From the IMG/VR virus record IMGVR_UViG_3300035204_001773, positions 32,001 to 96,000 of that record: DNA of 64,000 bases. One strand, written 5' to 3'. This DNA is from a virus. Both the position numbers and the translations under genes were made by a program. Positions 28,300 to 40,100 of this stretch are shown one piece after another. Position 1 is the first letter of the stretch. Every line of letters begins with the position of its first letter. The notes below the pieces were generated by a model. It was given only the letters and a program-made list of their open reading frames with translations, searched no databases and was not told the origin of the DNA.

Positions 28300-31200
28300 T
28301 TATCTTATAACGTTCATATTCATTGATGGCCCCACCTTTCTCGACCATACATCCGGCTTAGGAAGCTCAGATGGCCTAGTAGAAAAAGACCAATCTATAT
28401 AAGCTCCATCTTGATCTAAAACTATATTAAAACCATCTAGTCCTGCAGCGGGATTTAAATATGCACTTAGGGCCGGATCTGCGCCGATTTGCCTAAAAGA
28501 TAATGTCTCTCTGGGTAATTGTATCGTAATACTATCAACTGCGTTTCGCATGGAATTATAATAATCATCTATCCCCACTTGAGAAAACCCAAAAGCAGAA
28601 CTAGAAGCGGAGCCATTTGGAATTGGCACTTGCACGATAGTATCGCCCTCTGGATTAGATAGAGATTCTAAATCACTTGTTATATCCATGGAGTTTACAT
28701 CGATAGCTTGAGAATATCCAGCGTTCATAATTCGTCCTCTTACTTGCTTTTGTCCCCTTTCTGTTTTTGTGTAGCTTGCTTGGGTATGCTTTACTCCTTC
28801 GTACCAGTTTTGGCTTGGATAAATAATATCTACAGTCACTTGCGGCCCCATAAATCCAGACCCAGTTGGATCATAAAAAGATTGGGTTGTATTAGCTCCG
28901 ACGGGAGCAGTTGAAAATGGATTAGAATTATTAGGATTTGCGTAAGTGGGCCCACTAAGGCTACGTGTCACCGCCGAATAGCCCGGTGCATAAGATTTTA
29001 TTCTAAACCCTGCGGATAAATGTAATTGGTATCTAGATTCCACTGAAGGAGGCTGATAAACACCATTTACCCATCGAGCAGCATCAGACAACGGCCAATC
29101 AATGGTTCCGTATTGAGATTTTAACTCTTCTTGTCTTTCATTTCTAAGAAATGGCTTCATTAAGTCTGCTTGTGCGTTCGACCAAGCAGTAGTGCCCGCA
29201 ATACTCCAATTTCTTGCGCCCCAATCTGCCCAAGGATAAATATGAGGGTTACCCATATACCATCCTCTCGCATTACCCGCTGCTTCGCTTGTGGCCATAT
29301 GCACCCCCGGTCTAGGAGCCAATCCTTGACCAAGGGTTACTTCTTCGTCTTGAGTAACTATTGGAACAACTCCATACGGATTACTCGGGGAAACATCTGC
29401 GCCTGAAACCGCCCAACCATATAAAGTGGGACACTTACATCCGTCTTTCTTAATGTCTTTCTCGTAATAAGTTTCCGAACAGGGGGCGAGTTTAGCTCTA
29501 TCATCTTTATCTTTATATTCATTAGGATTAACCCACCCCCCATATGTTGATATGGCGGGAGGCACATTTGACGCTGTGGAAATGGTGTCATACAAATGAG
29601 GGGGTTTCGACCAATTTGAAATAATAAAATTATTACCCAAAAAATTTGCAGGAGGAGCAAGCATCAGCACTACCTGAGCATCTCTTCCAGCAGAACTTAC
29701 TTTCCCTTCTATCCGCGCTGCTTGAACCTGACTAGCTAGAGTGTCTTTTATTCTATCAAAAAAGCGTAATTTACTTTTACCATTTAAAGGTATATATGTA
29801 GGCACCAGCTTTTCTAAAAAGTCTACCCCGCTATGCACAAAAGCGCTTTCAAATTCGCTAGCATCAGTTCCCCATGGAGCATTCCTTTGAAAAACTGTAA
29901 ACATTCTATCTGCCTGATTAGTCACATTGAAATAATTATTAGAGAAACTACCGTAAGCTTTACTCAAAATAGATCTTCCCTTAGGGTGACTCCTTATCAA
30001 GCTGTTAAAAGGTAAATCTCCGAAATCATTTCCCTTTATTTTTATTCCTTGTGGTTCATGCTGTGTTTCTAGCTCCCACTTTTCAGTCACCCCACAAAAA
30101 TTCATGTAATCATTTTGTTCCTCGTGAATGTAATATTTTCCATACATATCCGCCACCCGAGCTTCCCACGACTCCCATTTAGATTCTTCTTGTCGACTAT
30201 ATACGGCTACATAGCCCTTACACGCAGCAAGAGATACCGCGTCCGTGGCGTATCTATCAAAAATTTGCTCCCATTGTTGACAGCTAAAGTCTTCATTTAA
30301 CATTTCCTGCATCTCTGGCCCACTAATTTCCTCCAAAATCCTTATGCCCAAATGATTTGTGTCTTTATTAGCAACGGCGTTTGTAAAATAAAAATTATAT
30401 ATAGTTCTCGCGTTTTTATTAAATTTAGCTAAGGCGCAAGATATATCGAACTGTGTTCTGTTTCTTCCGCCGTTAATGCTTGCGGGAAAAATTTCGTACG
30501 GATCCATCACTTGGTAAACTTGCCTATATTGAATCCTTCTTTGAAAGGATTTAGGTCTGGCTGGTTTTTTATAATAAACTTGAAAATTCGTAGTCTTTGT
30601 GGCGGACATATCTAAAGACTCGTTTACATTATCAAAACCTAACCCATCAACAGGATTAAAGACGATTGCTTTAACAGAGTTCATTGCCACCGTCGCAGAA
30701 CTAGTAGCTGAAGTTAAGTATATACATTTTAAGGCAGCGATATCAGAACTAGATTTTAAGAAATCCCAAAAATGCATAAAACCAAAATCAGCAGCCCAAG
30801 CATCAAGAACCTCCCTTAGCGTGCCCGTGTAATCTTTTCTATAGGCTGGATTGATATCCACAAACCCAGCCCAATCTATACCCGCTTCTTTAATCGCCAA
30901 AAGAAGTTCTGAAAAATTATAGTCTACATTAGCTAAATCCCCGTTTGACTCTGTAAATTGTTCTTGTCCTAAGATTATCTTTCCGCCATATCGATGATCT
31001 ACATCTACAATTCTTCCGTAATCAACTACCCGTAATGCGCCATACACCGCTGTCCTGAAAGATGGAAATCTTCCAGCGCCCGCTAACCCATTCAGAGAAT
31101 TTACAACTTGGTCGTAACAAGGTTCACAATTTAAAGCTATATCGAAATTAACCAACCTCGAACGAATAGGTATCCCTCTTGATGGGAGAGGATCTGTCGG

Positions 31201-31722
31201 TCCAGCTGGTGCTGCCGCTGTCCACCCTCCAACAGAAAAGTTCGACGAATTTTGCCTTAGCGAAGAATACACAGAAGATAGAAGAGCGTAATTTGTTGGT
31301 GTTGTATCAAATATCTCTGCATCATTATTGCTGGCGTGTTGATTAATCAATCCGACATAAATTTTATCTAATAATATAGAGGCGTCAACGAAGGTTAATG
31401 TAAGGGTTTTCTGAGATACTGCGGTATTTTTTTCTATTTTCTGCAAGAATAACTGCGGCAATATAGTGCCAGCGATAGAAACTTCATAGTATCTATCAGA
31501 TACATTCACAGCCAAGCTGTTTATAGCGGCCGGAAAAGTGGTTTTTGGAATAGTTCCATCCTCCACGCAGCGGACCACTACCTTGGTAATTTCCCCCGGA
31601 GTATGATTAAGGCTAACCCCATATATTTTCATACCAGCGAAGGTATTTTTTGGGTAACTTACCGATCCTCCACTAAATACTATATCATCAAATGAATAAA
31701 AATTGTCTCCGTCGTGTGGCAT
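28300..31722 (-). CDS. Large tail tip/baseplate-hub-like protein
   Basis: 1140 aa, downstream of the TMP; hub-like N-terminal pattern (LTLTFVDAS...GTLREVLDAWAADFG). Confidence 0.55.
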   Translation of the reverse strand: MPHDGDNFYSFDDIVFSGGSVSYPKNTFAGMKIYGVSLNHTPGEITKVVVRCVEDGTIPKTTFPAAINSLAVNVSDRYYEVSIAGTILPQLFLQKIEKNTAVSQKTLTLTFVDASILLDKIYVGLINQHASNNDAEIFDTTPTNYALLSSVYSSLRQNSSNFSVGGWTAAAPAGPTDPLPSRGIPIRSRLVNFDIALNCEPCYDQVVNSLNGLAGAGRFPSFRTAVYGALRVVDYGRIVDVDHRYGGKIILGQEQFTESNGDLANVDYNFSELLLAIKEAGIDWAGFVDINPAYRKDYTGTLREVLDAWAADFGFMHFWDFLKSSSDIAALKCIYLTSATSSATVAMNSVKAIVFNPVDGLGFDNVNESLDMSATKTTNFQVYYKKPARPKSFQRRIQYRQVYQVMDPYEIFPASINGGRNRTQFDISCALAKFNKNARTIYNFYFTNAVANKDTNHLGIRILEEISGPEMQEMLNEDFSCQQWEQIFDRYATDAVSLAACKGYVAVYSRQEESKWESWEARVADMYGKYYIHEEQNDYMNFCGVTEKWELETQHEPQGIKIKGNDFGDLPFNSLIRSHPKGRSILSKAYGSFSNNYFNVTNQADRMFTVFQRNAPWGTDASEFESAFVHSGVDFLEKLVPTYIPLNGKSKLRFFDRIKDTLASQVQAARIEGKVSSAGRDAQVVLMLAPPANFLGNNFIISNWSKPPHLYDTISTASNVPPAISTYGGWVNPNEYKDKDDRAKLAPCSETYYEKDIKKDGCKCPTLYGWAVSGADVSPSNPYGVVPIVTQDEEVTLGQGLAPRPGVHMATSEAAGNARGWYMGNPHIYPWADWGARNWSIAGTTAWSNAQADLMKPFLRNERQEELKSQYGTIDWPLSDAARWVNGVYQPPSVESRYQLHLSAGFRIKSYAPGYSAVTRSLSGPTYANPNNSNPFSTAPVGANTTQSFYDPTGSGFMGPQVTVDIIYPSQNWYEGVKHTQASYTKTERGQKQVRGRIMNAGYSQAIDVNSMDITSDLESLSNPEGDTIVQVPIPNGSASSSAFGFSQVGIDDYYNSMRNAVDSITIQLPRETLSFRQIGADPALSAYLNPAAGLDGFNIVLDQDGAYIDWSFSTRPSELPKPDVWSRKVGPSMNMNVIR

Positions 31723-31744
31723 TATTCCTTTTTCCTAGAGCTCT

Positions 31745-33523
31745 TTAAATCGTTATATTAAAGTAGTTCTCATCATTATTATACATTATATGGCTTTTCT
31801 TCTCTAATCTTAAGTCACTGTTTAATAAGCTTTGCTGGCTTGTTTTTATATAATCTGTATTTTCTATTTGACGCCAACCATTCAGCCATACTTTTTCATT
31901 TCTTAAATTAAAATTCAATCTATCATAAGCATCCACAGAACCGCTATATAAGGTTTCGAATTTACTACTCCTCGACACAAACGAATAAATTCCAGATATA
32001 CCCTTGTCATCCCCAGTATTCAAAGGCGTTATTTGGACCCCGGTGGGAGAAGATATTTCTTGATAGTTTTGGTCCACTCCTGAAATTAGTTTTTGGCCGT
32101 GGAAATATATATCCTTATTAATATATTTTTCCCCAGTTATTTCAAGAACCGGATAATCTTCCCCATCATAATTGTAATACTCTATGTCTGTTTCTAGCAC
32201 GTCGTACAACATAGTATCAAACTTATCGAATTGAAAATCTGTCCCCGAGTAAACGAGAAAATCTTCTGCTGGCAAATTATATCCTGTATTTTTTAATTGG
32301 TTGGAGCCGTTAATGAATACGCCTATTTTTTTTCCTATATCTGCATCTTTTATCATGAAGGCGCTGAAGCCCTCTTCGAAGTTGGCTGTTTTATTCAGAT
32401 TGGCATCATACCCACTATTAGAATGTATTTCATAATGGTCTTTGTAATCTATATCTTTTAAGAATACTACATTTTTCTCTGCATATTTAGAAGTATATAA
32501 TTCGTTATATAATTTCTCTTCAGGAACAATCTCTATTATTTCTTCTTCTATATCCACCTTTGGAAATTCTAGTACTTGCGTATAACCGCTTCCGGTAAGA
32601 TCTACCTTTTTGCAAACCGTCACAGATGTATCGCACACAGTTTTAATATTATTTAAAGCCTGCATCTCAAATCCAACGATCGCCGTCGAAGAAGCTTTGC
32701 TTACTACAGTGGGCGCGCCAGAAATAGTACTAACTGTTTGAGTGGTTGTTTTTTCGTAAGAAGGATTGATTCCAGTATAATACAGAGCTTCAGAAATCGT
32801 ATTTCTTTCCGTGTCCCCATAGAAAGTATCAAATACTATAAAATCATCTACCCATCCCCTGAACCCCTTGTGTCTTTCATATGTTCCTGTTTGGTAAAAG
32901 CCACCCAATGTCCATATCCAAGAATCTACAAAATCGTCAGCATAGTAGGAGGTTGTATAATTTTTTCTAGTAAATGGATCGTGGTTAGATATCGCTATCT
33001 GACTTTTGCTTTTTGATATTGATACTAAATTGTAAAGCTCTAATTCTCTAGGAAGAACTATGTTTTTAAGTTTTCCATTCGTATTAACATATTCTAAATA
33101 AGCCCTATTAGAACCATTGATTCCAAAATTAAAGCCAGAAAGCGCAGTGGGACTATTCATAGAAGACAAAATTACCTCAGCCTTAGTTCTGTCTCTTTCT
33201 ACATTGTTATTGTAATTTATAAAAACTGTCCAATTGTCCGGAGGAATTTGATTACCAACTCGCACCACGGTATTAGAGTCAAAATAAGCCATACTGCAAC
33301 ACGTTTTAAAAGATTCGAAACCAGTATGATTAACGCAGCTAACTAAAATACCGGGGCTAACACTAGCGTTCAAACAGCCAGCCGAAGGAAAATGATCTGC
33401 GTCACTATATATTTCATTAAATACCGCCCCTCCTTGAATTTTTTCAAAAGAATAGTTTATTCTCAAATTCCCTGTGTCCAGAGAATTATTACTTAAATAA
33501 TCATATAAAATTCCACTATCCAT
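31745..33523 (-). CDS. Virion protein with LamG/concanavalin-A-like domain
   Basis: WTVFI...GFNFGING...WTLGG...FRGWVDDFIVFD resembles a LamG jelly roll; C-terminal VFING/IYFHGQ/VWLNG repeats. Confidence 0.6.
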   Translation of the reverse strand: MDSGILYDYLSNNSLDTGNLRINYSFEKIQGGAVFNEIYSDADHFPSAGCLNASVSPGILVSCVNHTGFESFKTCCSMAYFDSNTVVRVGNQIPPDNWTVFINYNNNVERDRTKAEVILSSMNSPTALSGFNFGINGSNRAYLEYVNTNGKLKNIVLPRELELYNLVSISKSKSQIAISNHDPFTRKNYTTSYYADDFVDSWIWTLGGFYQTGTYERHKGFRGWVDDFIVFDTFYGDTERNTISEALYYTGINPSYEKTTTQTVSTISGAPTVVSKASSTAIVGFEMQALNNIKTVCDTSVTVCKKVDLTGSGYTQVLEFPKVDIEEEIIEIVPEEKLYNELYTSKYAEKNVVFLKDIDYKDHYEIHSNSGYDANLNKTANFEEGFSAFMIKDADIGKKIGVFINGSNQLKNTGYNLPAEDFLVYSGTDFQFDKFDTMLYDVLETDIEYYNYDGEDYPVLEITGEKYINKDIYFHGQKLISGVDQNYQEISSPTGVQITPLNTGDDKGISGIYSFVSRSSKFETLYSGSVDAYDRLNFNLRNEKVWLNGWRQIENTDYIKTSQQSLLNSDLRLEKKSHIMYNNDENYFNITI

Positions 33524-33524
33524 T

Positions 33525-35393
33525 TTACCAACTTATTCCTGCTCCCGCGCTCAAACTAGCTGTTAAGGCTGGTTCTATTTGCTGACTAATGCTCCACCCG
33601 CCAATGCTCAAATTACCCGTTCCCCCCACAGCTTTAAAAGAAAATCCAATGCTAGAATTCCTAGCGTTGGCGACATTATAAACCTTTGTTGCTGTATCCT
33701 CAATTTTGACTACATCCGTACCTGAGCCATTCATTGCAACACGAATTCTTTCTTCTAGAGTTTTAAAAACGCTAGCAGAAACAGGAGCGTCTTTAGTACC
33801 TTCCATGGTCACGTTAGCTCTCCACTCCGCTCTTCTTTTACCATTGGGATTAAATACGATATAATGAGCATCTTTCATTATAGAAGGTTTTGGGGTATAA
33901 GGTACCATAGCGGGCTGTACGTTTATCGAATAATTACTCAGATGTACCCCGTTGGTAAAGTGCTTATCTGTAAAAGTCGCGTTAATAGTAGCTTCACCCT
34001 GTGTCTTATTGAGGTTTATAGACAGGGTTTCTGGTGATGGATTGATTGTGCCCCCAATAGAAAGACTACTGTAATCACTTTGAACCAACCCCTTCAAGTA
34101 AGTATGAAGCGCTGACCCTGCGTATGTTGTATTTATCCAATTTTCTAAATTAGTTATCTTATCATTTATGTCCAAGGTGGGATCCGGAAGTAGAGTTCCG
34201 CTTATGCTTATGGTCGTTATACCCGTAACATGATCCATCGCTAAATCTACGGTGTAATCTAGTACGCAATCGTTAGTACCAGCGATAGAAACGAATCTGT
34301 AATCATTGTCCCATTGCCAAGAATACGAAAGGATTCCTGCTTCGACTTCCAAATTTGAAGACCGCAAAGGTTTGGAATAATCGTTTAGAACACGAATAGT
34401 TTGCGTCCCTGTTGACGTCTTCATGGGCGCAACCATTTGCATATCTTTAGCTAACTGAAACACGGCGTCATCCATGCTCCCTGCGCCGTCTTTGATTTGA
34501 TTTTGTATATCTGTTACAAGTGTCGCACTTGAGTTTCCGACAAGGAAGGTGGGAGAAGCTATCGCTTCAACCTGTACGGCTACGGATTGCGCGTCTGCAT
34601 CTACAGAATCAGTTATATCAAAACTATATTTTAGAAGAGCAGCCGGATTTGTTCCTACAAGATCTGGATCGAAACTATATTCTTCAGTGATCTCATAAGT
34701 TCCGCTCATTCTATTTATATTTTCCGTCTCTTTGGTCTTAAAAAAATCAGGAGTAGTATTTATAGTAGAGCTAATGAATTCCCATATGGGCATATTAGTT
34801 AGACCCTTACGTGCTTCAACCCAAGTTTTGGCATTTTTTAGAGCATCAGACTTATTACTACCCGATCCACCTTTTTGCCTATCATCTATCCCTTGAGCGG
34901 CTACCCTATGGGATAATGTACCAAATCCAGACTGACTTTCAGTAAAAGAAAATTCATCAACTACCGATTTTACTGTTTGAGTAGAGTACGTGCTGCTTCC
35001 AAGCTTTACTGGCGCTGGGCCGTCCAAGGTCACCGAGTATTCCAATATACTCGAATAGTTTGAGTCTTCAAACGATATATTTCTAACTCTTGCGGTATCT
35101 ATGTTTCCTAATTCAGTCTCTAACTTTTTATAATTTTGACTAAAAAATTGTATAATTTGATTTCTGCCCTCAATTATCTTCGTGCTCGCTGCGGTTCCAT
35201 TTGGAACATTTCCATTAACATCAGGATCTAAATAAAGAGATCCATTAATCACATATCTATCAATATCAACTTGCCATTCGCTAGAATAATCTATCTCACG
35301 TTCTCTAGACACATATGGAGTAAGAAATGCAATGCCCGCTATCGACGTTCCCGGGAACACCGTGCTATTATATTTTAAAACAGGATTTGCCAT
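33525..35393 (-). CDS. Beta-rich tail-tip/baseplate protein, related to 35400-37160
   Basis: DEFSFTES..G..TLSH and ENINRMSGTY patterns; located just after the TMP. Confidence 0.55.
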   Translation of the reverse strand: MANPVLKYNSTVFPGTSIAGIAFLTPYVSREREIDYSSEWQVDIDRYVINGSLYLDPDVNGNVPNGTAASTKIIEGRNQIIQFFSQNYKKLETELGNIDTARVRNISFEDSNYSSILEYSVTLDGPAPVKLGSSTYSTQTVKSVVDEFSFTESQSGFGTLSHRVAAQGIDDRQKGGSGSNKSDALKNAKTWVEARKGLTNMPIWEFISSTINTTPDFFKTKETENINRMSGTYEITEEYSFDPDLVGTNPAALLKYSFDITDSVDADAQSVAVQVEAIASPTFLVGNSSATLVTDIQNQIKDGAGSMDDAVFQLAKDMQMVAPMKTSTGTQTIRVLNDYSKPLRSSNLEVEAGILSYSWQWDNDYRFVSIAGTNDCVLDYTVDLAMDHVTGITTISISGTLLPDPTLDINDKITNLENWINTTYAGSALHTYLKGLVQSDYSSLSIGGTINPSPETLSINLNKTQGEATINATFTDKHFTNGVHLSNYSINVQPAMVPYTPKPSIMKDAHYIVFNPNGKRRAEWRANVTMEGTKDAPVSASVFKTLEERIRVAMNGSGTDVVKIEDTATKVYNVANARNSSIGFSFKAVGGTGNLSIGGWSISQQIEPALTASLSAGAGISW

Positions 35394-35399
35394 TTGTTT

Positions 35400-37160
35400 C
35401 TAAGTTCGTGTTTCTAAAAGTCTAGTGAGAGATGGTTTCGTATATTGTAATTCTACGTCCAGAGATATATCGCCCCCGGAGGTTATGGAATAATTAGTAT
35501 CTGTTATAAATAATTGTTTTGGGCTCAATACGGTTCCAAAATAAGCCATGCATGTATTAGCAGCTTCATTTATTAGAGCATCCTGATTATAAATCTTTCC
35601 ATTAGTAAAAGGGTTATAAGTCTTACTTCTTTTAGCTTGTCCTTGAAAAGATATATTTAATGTACCCACTTCTGATTGAGGGGATACGTGAATTATCTCT
35701 CCAAATTGAGAAATAGTATATGTCTCCGTCATTCTCACTGGCGAAGAATTATCTACATTTATTTCTTTTTTAGCGAAGAAAGAGCTACTATCATCTATAT
35801 ATATAGTTGTATCATCTGTATTAATATATTTAATACTATACCTAGAACCATATTTACTTCTATTATGAGATTCTTGAACAGTTTTTAACGTTCCTCCATA
35901 ATTATAAATTATTGAATTATTTACCCCAGCCTCTATACTTGTCTTTACTAGTGCTAAGTCCGCTGAACTCGACAATTTTCCAGTTAATGGTTTGCCTACG
36001 TGCTCTGAGGTTACCGTTATTACCCCAGCGGCATCACGAGACACATCGTATTTTCTATCTATGGTCATTCCGGTTGAAGAAAGTTTTGGGTCAGATGAGA
36101 ATTTAACTTCGTATCCTGCTCTGTTATCTATTTTAGACTTATACCTAGTTATCTCCATTGTTACATTAATAAGAGTAGACCCCGCGTATCCCAATTCATC
36201 AATTTTGCTCTGGCAATTAGAATAAGCGTTAGCTAATTGATTTTTTAATCCAATGTCTATAGCTCCGGTACTGTTTGCCCAATCTGCATCCGCATTAAGA
36301 ACATCGCATTTTTCAACCACCTCCAAAAAACCAGTGGCTACTTTGTTTAAGGTATAAGATTTTTTAAATCTATTTTTATCCCCAGCAGCGCCTGTCCCGA
36401 GAGGGAATCTGGTGAATGTTCTCGTGAAATTGCATTTACCACTAACTTTATCATATGTTTCAGAAAATACGTCATTGCCTCTTATATCCGTATCAGTGGC
36501 ATCATCTAGATTTATAAGATTTTTTACATAAGGAAAATGCGGTCGTTGATTTTCGTATATATCTCTAGCTATACTTTTTGAAATAGCCATCGGATCTTGT
36601 CCTTGCGCTGGCCTATATTGAATTTGCAACGAATGACTACAATCTTCTGTACCGTCGGAATTTTTATTAAAGGTAAAATTTTCTACAAATTGGTCAAGTC
36701 TGTGAGCGTAAGGTTTTAAAGTGTCTTCTAAATTTTTATATGGATCCCCTACTCCGCCATCGTCTCCTTCGATGGAGAAATTAACACTACTTATCGCCTC
36801 CACGAATTCTATATCCATTTGGTATCGACCGACATGAACCTTGGCTTCCATTCCGTCTGGGGAAGAAGTAGATGATATAGAGTTAATCCTTCCTTTGCCG
36901 TAATTTATATCATTAATTATAATATCACCAGCCAATACTCCGGCCATGGCATTATATGATTCACCTTGAGATTCTGAAAGTCTATCTTTTGTTTTGCTTA
37001 AAATAGACGAAGATAAAGAGTCAGTTACGTTTGATAAGTCTTTTATATAACCCTCTACACGCATGCTTACAGCATCGCCCCTAGCGAACACGTCGCCATC
37101 AAAGTAATGCCTCGTTCTATCGAAGCCCAATAGAAGAGCATCTGTTATTTCTATATCCAT
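35400..37160 (-). CDS. Beta-rich tail-tip/baseplate protein immediately downstream of the TMP
   Basis: ENFTFNKN.DG...CSH and ETYDKVSGKC patterns, similar to its neighbour. Confidence 0.55.
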   Translation of the reverse strand: MDIEITDALLLGFDRTRHYFDGDVFARGDAVSMRVEGYIKDLSNVTDSLSSSILSKTKDRLSESQGESYNAMAGVLAGDIIINDINYGKGRINSISSTSSPDGMEAKVHVGRYQMDIEFVEAISSVNFSIEGDDGGVGDPYKNLEDTLKPYAHRLDQFVENFTFNKNSDGTEDCSHSLQIQYRPAQGQDPMAISKSIARDIYENQRPHFPYVKNLINLDDATDTDIRGNDVFSETYDKVSGKCNFTRTFTRFPLGTGAAGDKNRFKKSYTLNKVATGFLEVVEKCDVLNADADWANSTGAIDIGLKNQLANAYSNCQSKIDELGYAGSTLINVTMEITRYKSKIDNRAGYEVKFSSDPKLSSTGMTIDRKYDVSRDAAGVITVTSEHVGKPLTGKLSSSADLALVKTSIEAGVNNSIIYNYGGTLKTVQESHNRSKYGSRYSIKYINTDDTTIYIDDSSSFFAKKEINVDNSSPVRMTETYTISQFGEIIHVSPQSEVGTLNISFQGQAKRSKTYNPFTNGKIYNQDALINEAANTCMAYFGTVLSPKQLFITDTNYSITSGGDISLDVELQYTKPSLTRLLETRT

Positions 37161-37166
37161 ATGTGA

Positions 37167-40100
37167 TTACGATGTCCTATTTGGCGGAAAATAACCGCCT
37201 CCCTTTAAAATATTACCCTTACTCCAGTCTATAACCGCTTGCGCAATTGCATTCGGAATAGCTTGTACCGTACCGTCAATGTTTACATTTATATTAGCTG
37301 TTTGATTGCTATCTCCTCCAATGTTTCTAATCTGCTCTATCTCGTCCTTCCGACTTCTTCCTTCTAGGTTTGCGGAAAGACTCTCTGCTGCCTTGGATAT
37401 TTCTTCTCCGAATGATGTTGCGGCCATGTTTATTTGTTGTGTCGCAGCTTCAAAATTCGGAACGAAGCCTGCTGCTCTACCACTTGAGAAGTTGGGAACT
37501 CCTCCTGTTCTTGACCCATAAGTATTTACATTTGCGCCTTCTGATCTTGCTCTACTGATTCCTTGATCCGGCCCCTGTGGTTCGTCAATTCTATTAAAGA
37601 CGCCTACTCCGAAGTTGGGGACATACCCCTTGGCTGCGATACCTTGGATTCTTAAATTATTACTCTTAATAGCGGGGTGCTCTGCTACGTATACTGAGCC
37701 TTCCGCGTCTGATTTAGAATACCCTCTACCCATGAGAGCGGTAATCTCTCTATCTTTTGCTTCTTCTAATTGGCTAGAGAAATTTGGTATAAACCCTCTA
37801 TGTTTTCCAGCGCTACCAGAGCCACGGGCAAAATTAGGGATAAATCCTTTAGCTAAATTTTGTCCTCCCTTTACTCCCCTTCTTCTTCTCTCTTCATCTA
37901 AAACGGTTTTGGCCATTTTTAGATTTGCCAATTGTTCTAATTCTGCATTAGACATTCTCGCTAGCGCATCATCTAGAACTTGACCCGACTTGCCCGCCGT
38001 TGGATCCATTTGAGCTATCTCACCATAAACCTGACCCTGAAATTCGCTAACTTCTGACGGGTCCACATATCTCCACTGCTTCTCTTCCTTACCCGGAATC
38101 GTCAGAAGCTTCATCCATTCGCCCGTTTCCGGATCTAGCTTCCATTCGGACGCTTGGTCTCCCTTCCCGACCTTTACTGTTCCTCCATCCCTAAAGAAGC
38201 TATTCTTTCTTGTTCCTCCCAATTCGCCTTTGCTATCTCTACCCTTCACGCCCACACCCCTAGACCCAACTCCTTCGCGAACAACGTAACCTTCAATTCT
38301 GTCCCTTGCATTCCCCACGGCTTTATTAAAACCGCTCTGACTAAATCCCTTGGTGCCCACTCCAGTTGCCGTTTCTTGTCTCTGCCATTCTTCCGCGTAG
38401 GCTGAAGAAGTAGTATTCAACCACTTTCTAAACGCCGGTGTTTGCATATCTTCTTCGGACATACCAGTTTGCTTTGCCATATTAAAAAGGAAATCTTTAG
38501 GCGGTATATTAGCGTCCTTCATCAACTGGAACATCTTCATCGCTGCTAGGTTATCTGGATCGTCTTCGTATCCCACCGAGGTTCCCCCCGCGAGCTTCTC
38601 CATCTCCATGCCTGTTCCGACCATTAGTTGGCCAAATAATTTAGTATCATCAGCCCTCTTCTTCTGTCCAACGGTTTTACCTTGATTACCGAAGGCTTGA
38701 GTGTTTTCGTATTGATTAAAATAGTCGCCTACCCGTTTTTGGGTAATCTGGTCCCTAATTTCTCCCGCTATTCTTTGCGCTTGAGCTATGCCTTCCGGGC
38801 CAGTGTTGAATAATGCTCCGGCCGCTTGGGTTTTTTGCTCGGGTGTTAAATCTTTACCAAATCTTGTAACTGCATCTGCTAAAAATGCTTTATCAGGGCC
38901 CGCTCCCGGGCCAACGGTCAAGTCGCTGACCAACGTCTTTTGCCAATATTGTTTAGATGCTTCAAGAGCAGCTTTTAATTTTTGATTTTTTAGCTTAATT
39001 TTTTCAAGTTCTTTTGCGTAACGCTTTTGCATCGCAGGATCATTAGTTGATTTCATAGCTTGCTGTAATTGAGCCGCCTCTTGCCCACCAGCAAGCATTT
39101 GCAAAGCAACCCCTTTGAATCGTTGTCCGTATGGACTAGCCGCCATAAGGGGATCTATACCCGCTGCTTCAAACAAGGTTGAAGGTTTCCCGGGTTGCCC
39201 CGTTAGGGGATCAACGCTTTGGCCGCCTCCAAGGCCGAATTCGGTCATTAATTGCGGATTTTCTAAAAGCGTGCCTCCAGCAAAACCACCTGCGCCCGCC
39301 ATAGACAGATCGGCCAAACTTACATCAACCCCCGAACGATCTATAGAAGCTTTGCCCCCACGAACAGATTCTGCTTGGACCATGTCACTATGACGATTTC
39401 TTTCCGCTCGCAATGCGCTTTTAACCTTGGCCATTGACATTTTTTGGCCAGCATATTGGCTCAATCCCAAGCTTTGTAAAAGAGTATCTGGAACTGCCTG
39501 TGAGGAATCAAGCCCTTGACCTCTAATCTCTAAAGCTCTTAATTTTTGCTGCGCAACCTGTTGACGAGCGAAAGATTTAGCCATATTGTCGCTAGCTCTT
39601 TTCTTCTGATCCTCTAGCATGTCTCTGTATTTTTCTTTTTTCTCTCCTCTAGCGCTTTGATATTTACCCCGCACGTAATCTAATGCGTGACCACTCGCTT
39701 TACCATACGTAAATCCTTGTTGAGATATTCCCAGTGAATGCTCTAAAGCTTCTTCTGTATTAATCCAGTTCTCTGCGGTAATAGCATTTCTGTCTCCACC
39801 TCCCCAGTCATCAATCATCATTTGCTTCATGTTACCAATTTTGAAGTCTATGCCGAATCTCTGAGCGAAGGCCACCTGATTACCTGCTATTTTTGCGAAC
39901 CTAGCAGCGGCTGCCTGTTTTACCCATGGCGGATTATTTGGAGCTTCTTTAAATTCTTGGGCTGCGTTTTGTATGGACCACAACATTTTCTTCCTCATTG
40001 TTTTCCTCTGTGAGTCTTGCAGTTTACGCTTTAATATGGGATCTTTTGTTCTCCGTATCATCTCTGCATTACCTTGGATATCCATAGACAACATTTGCCC

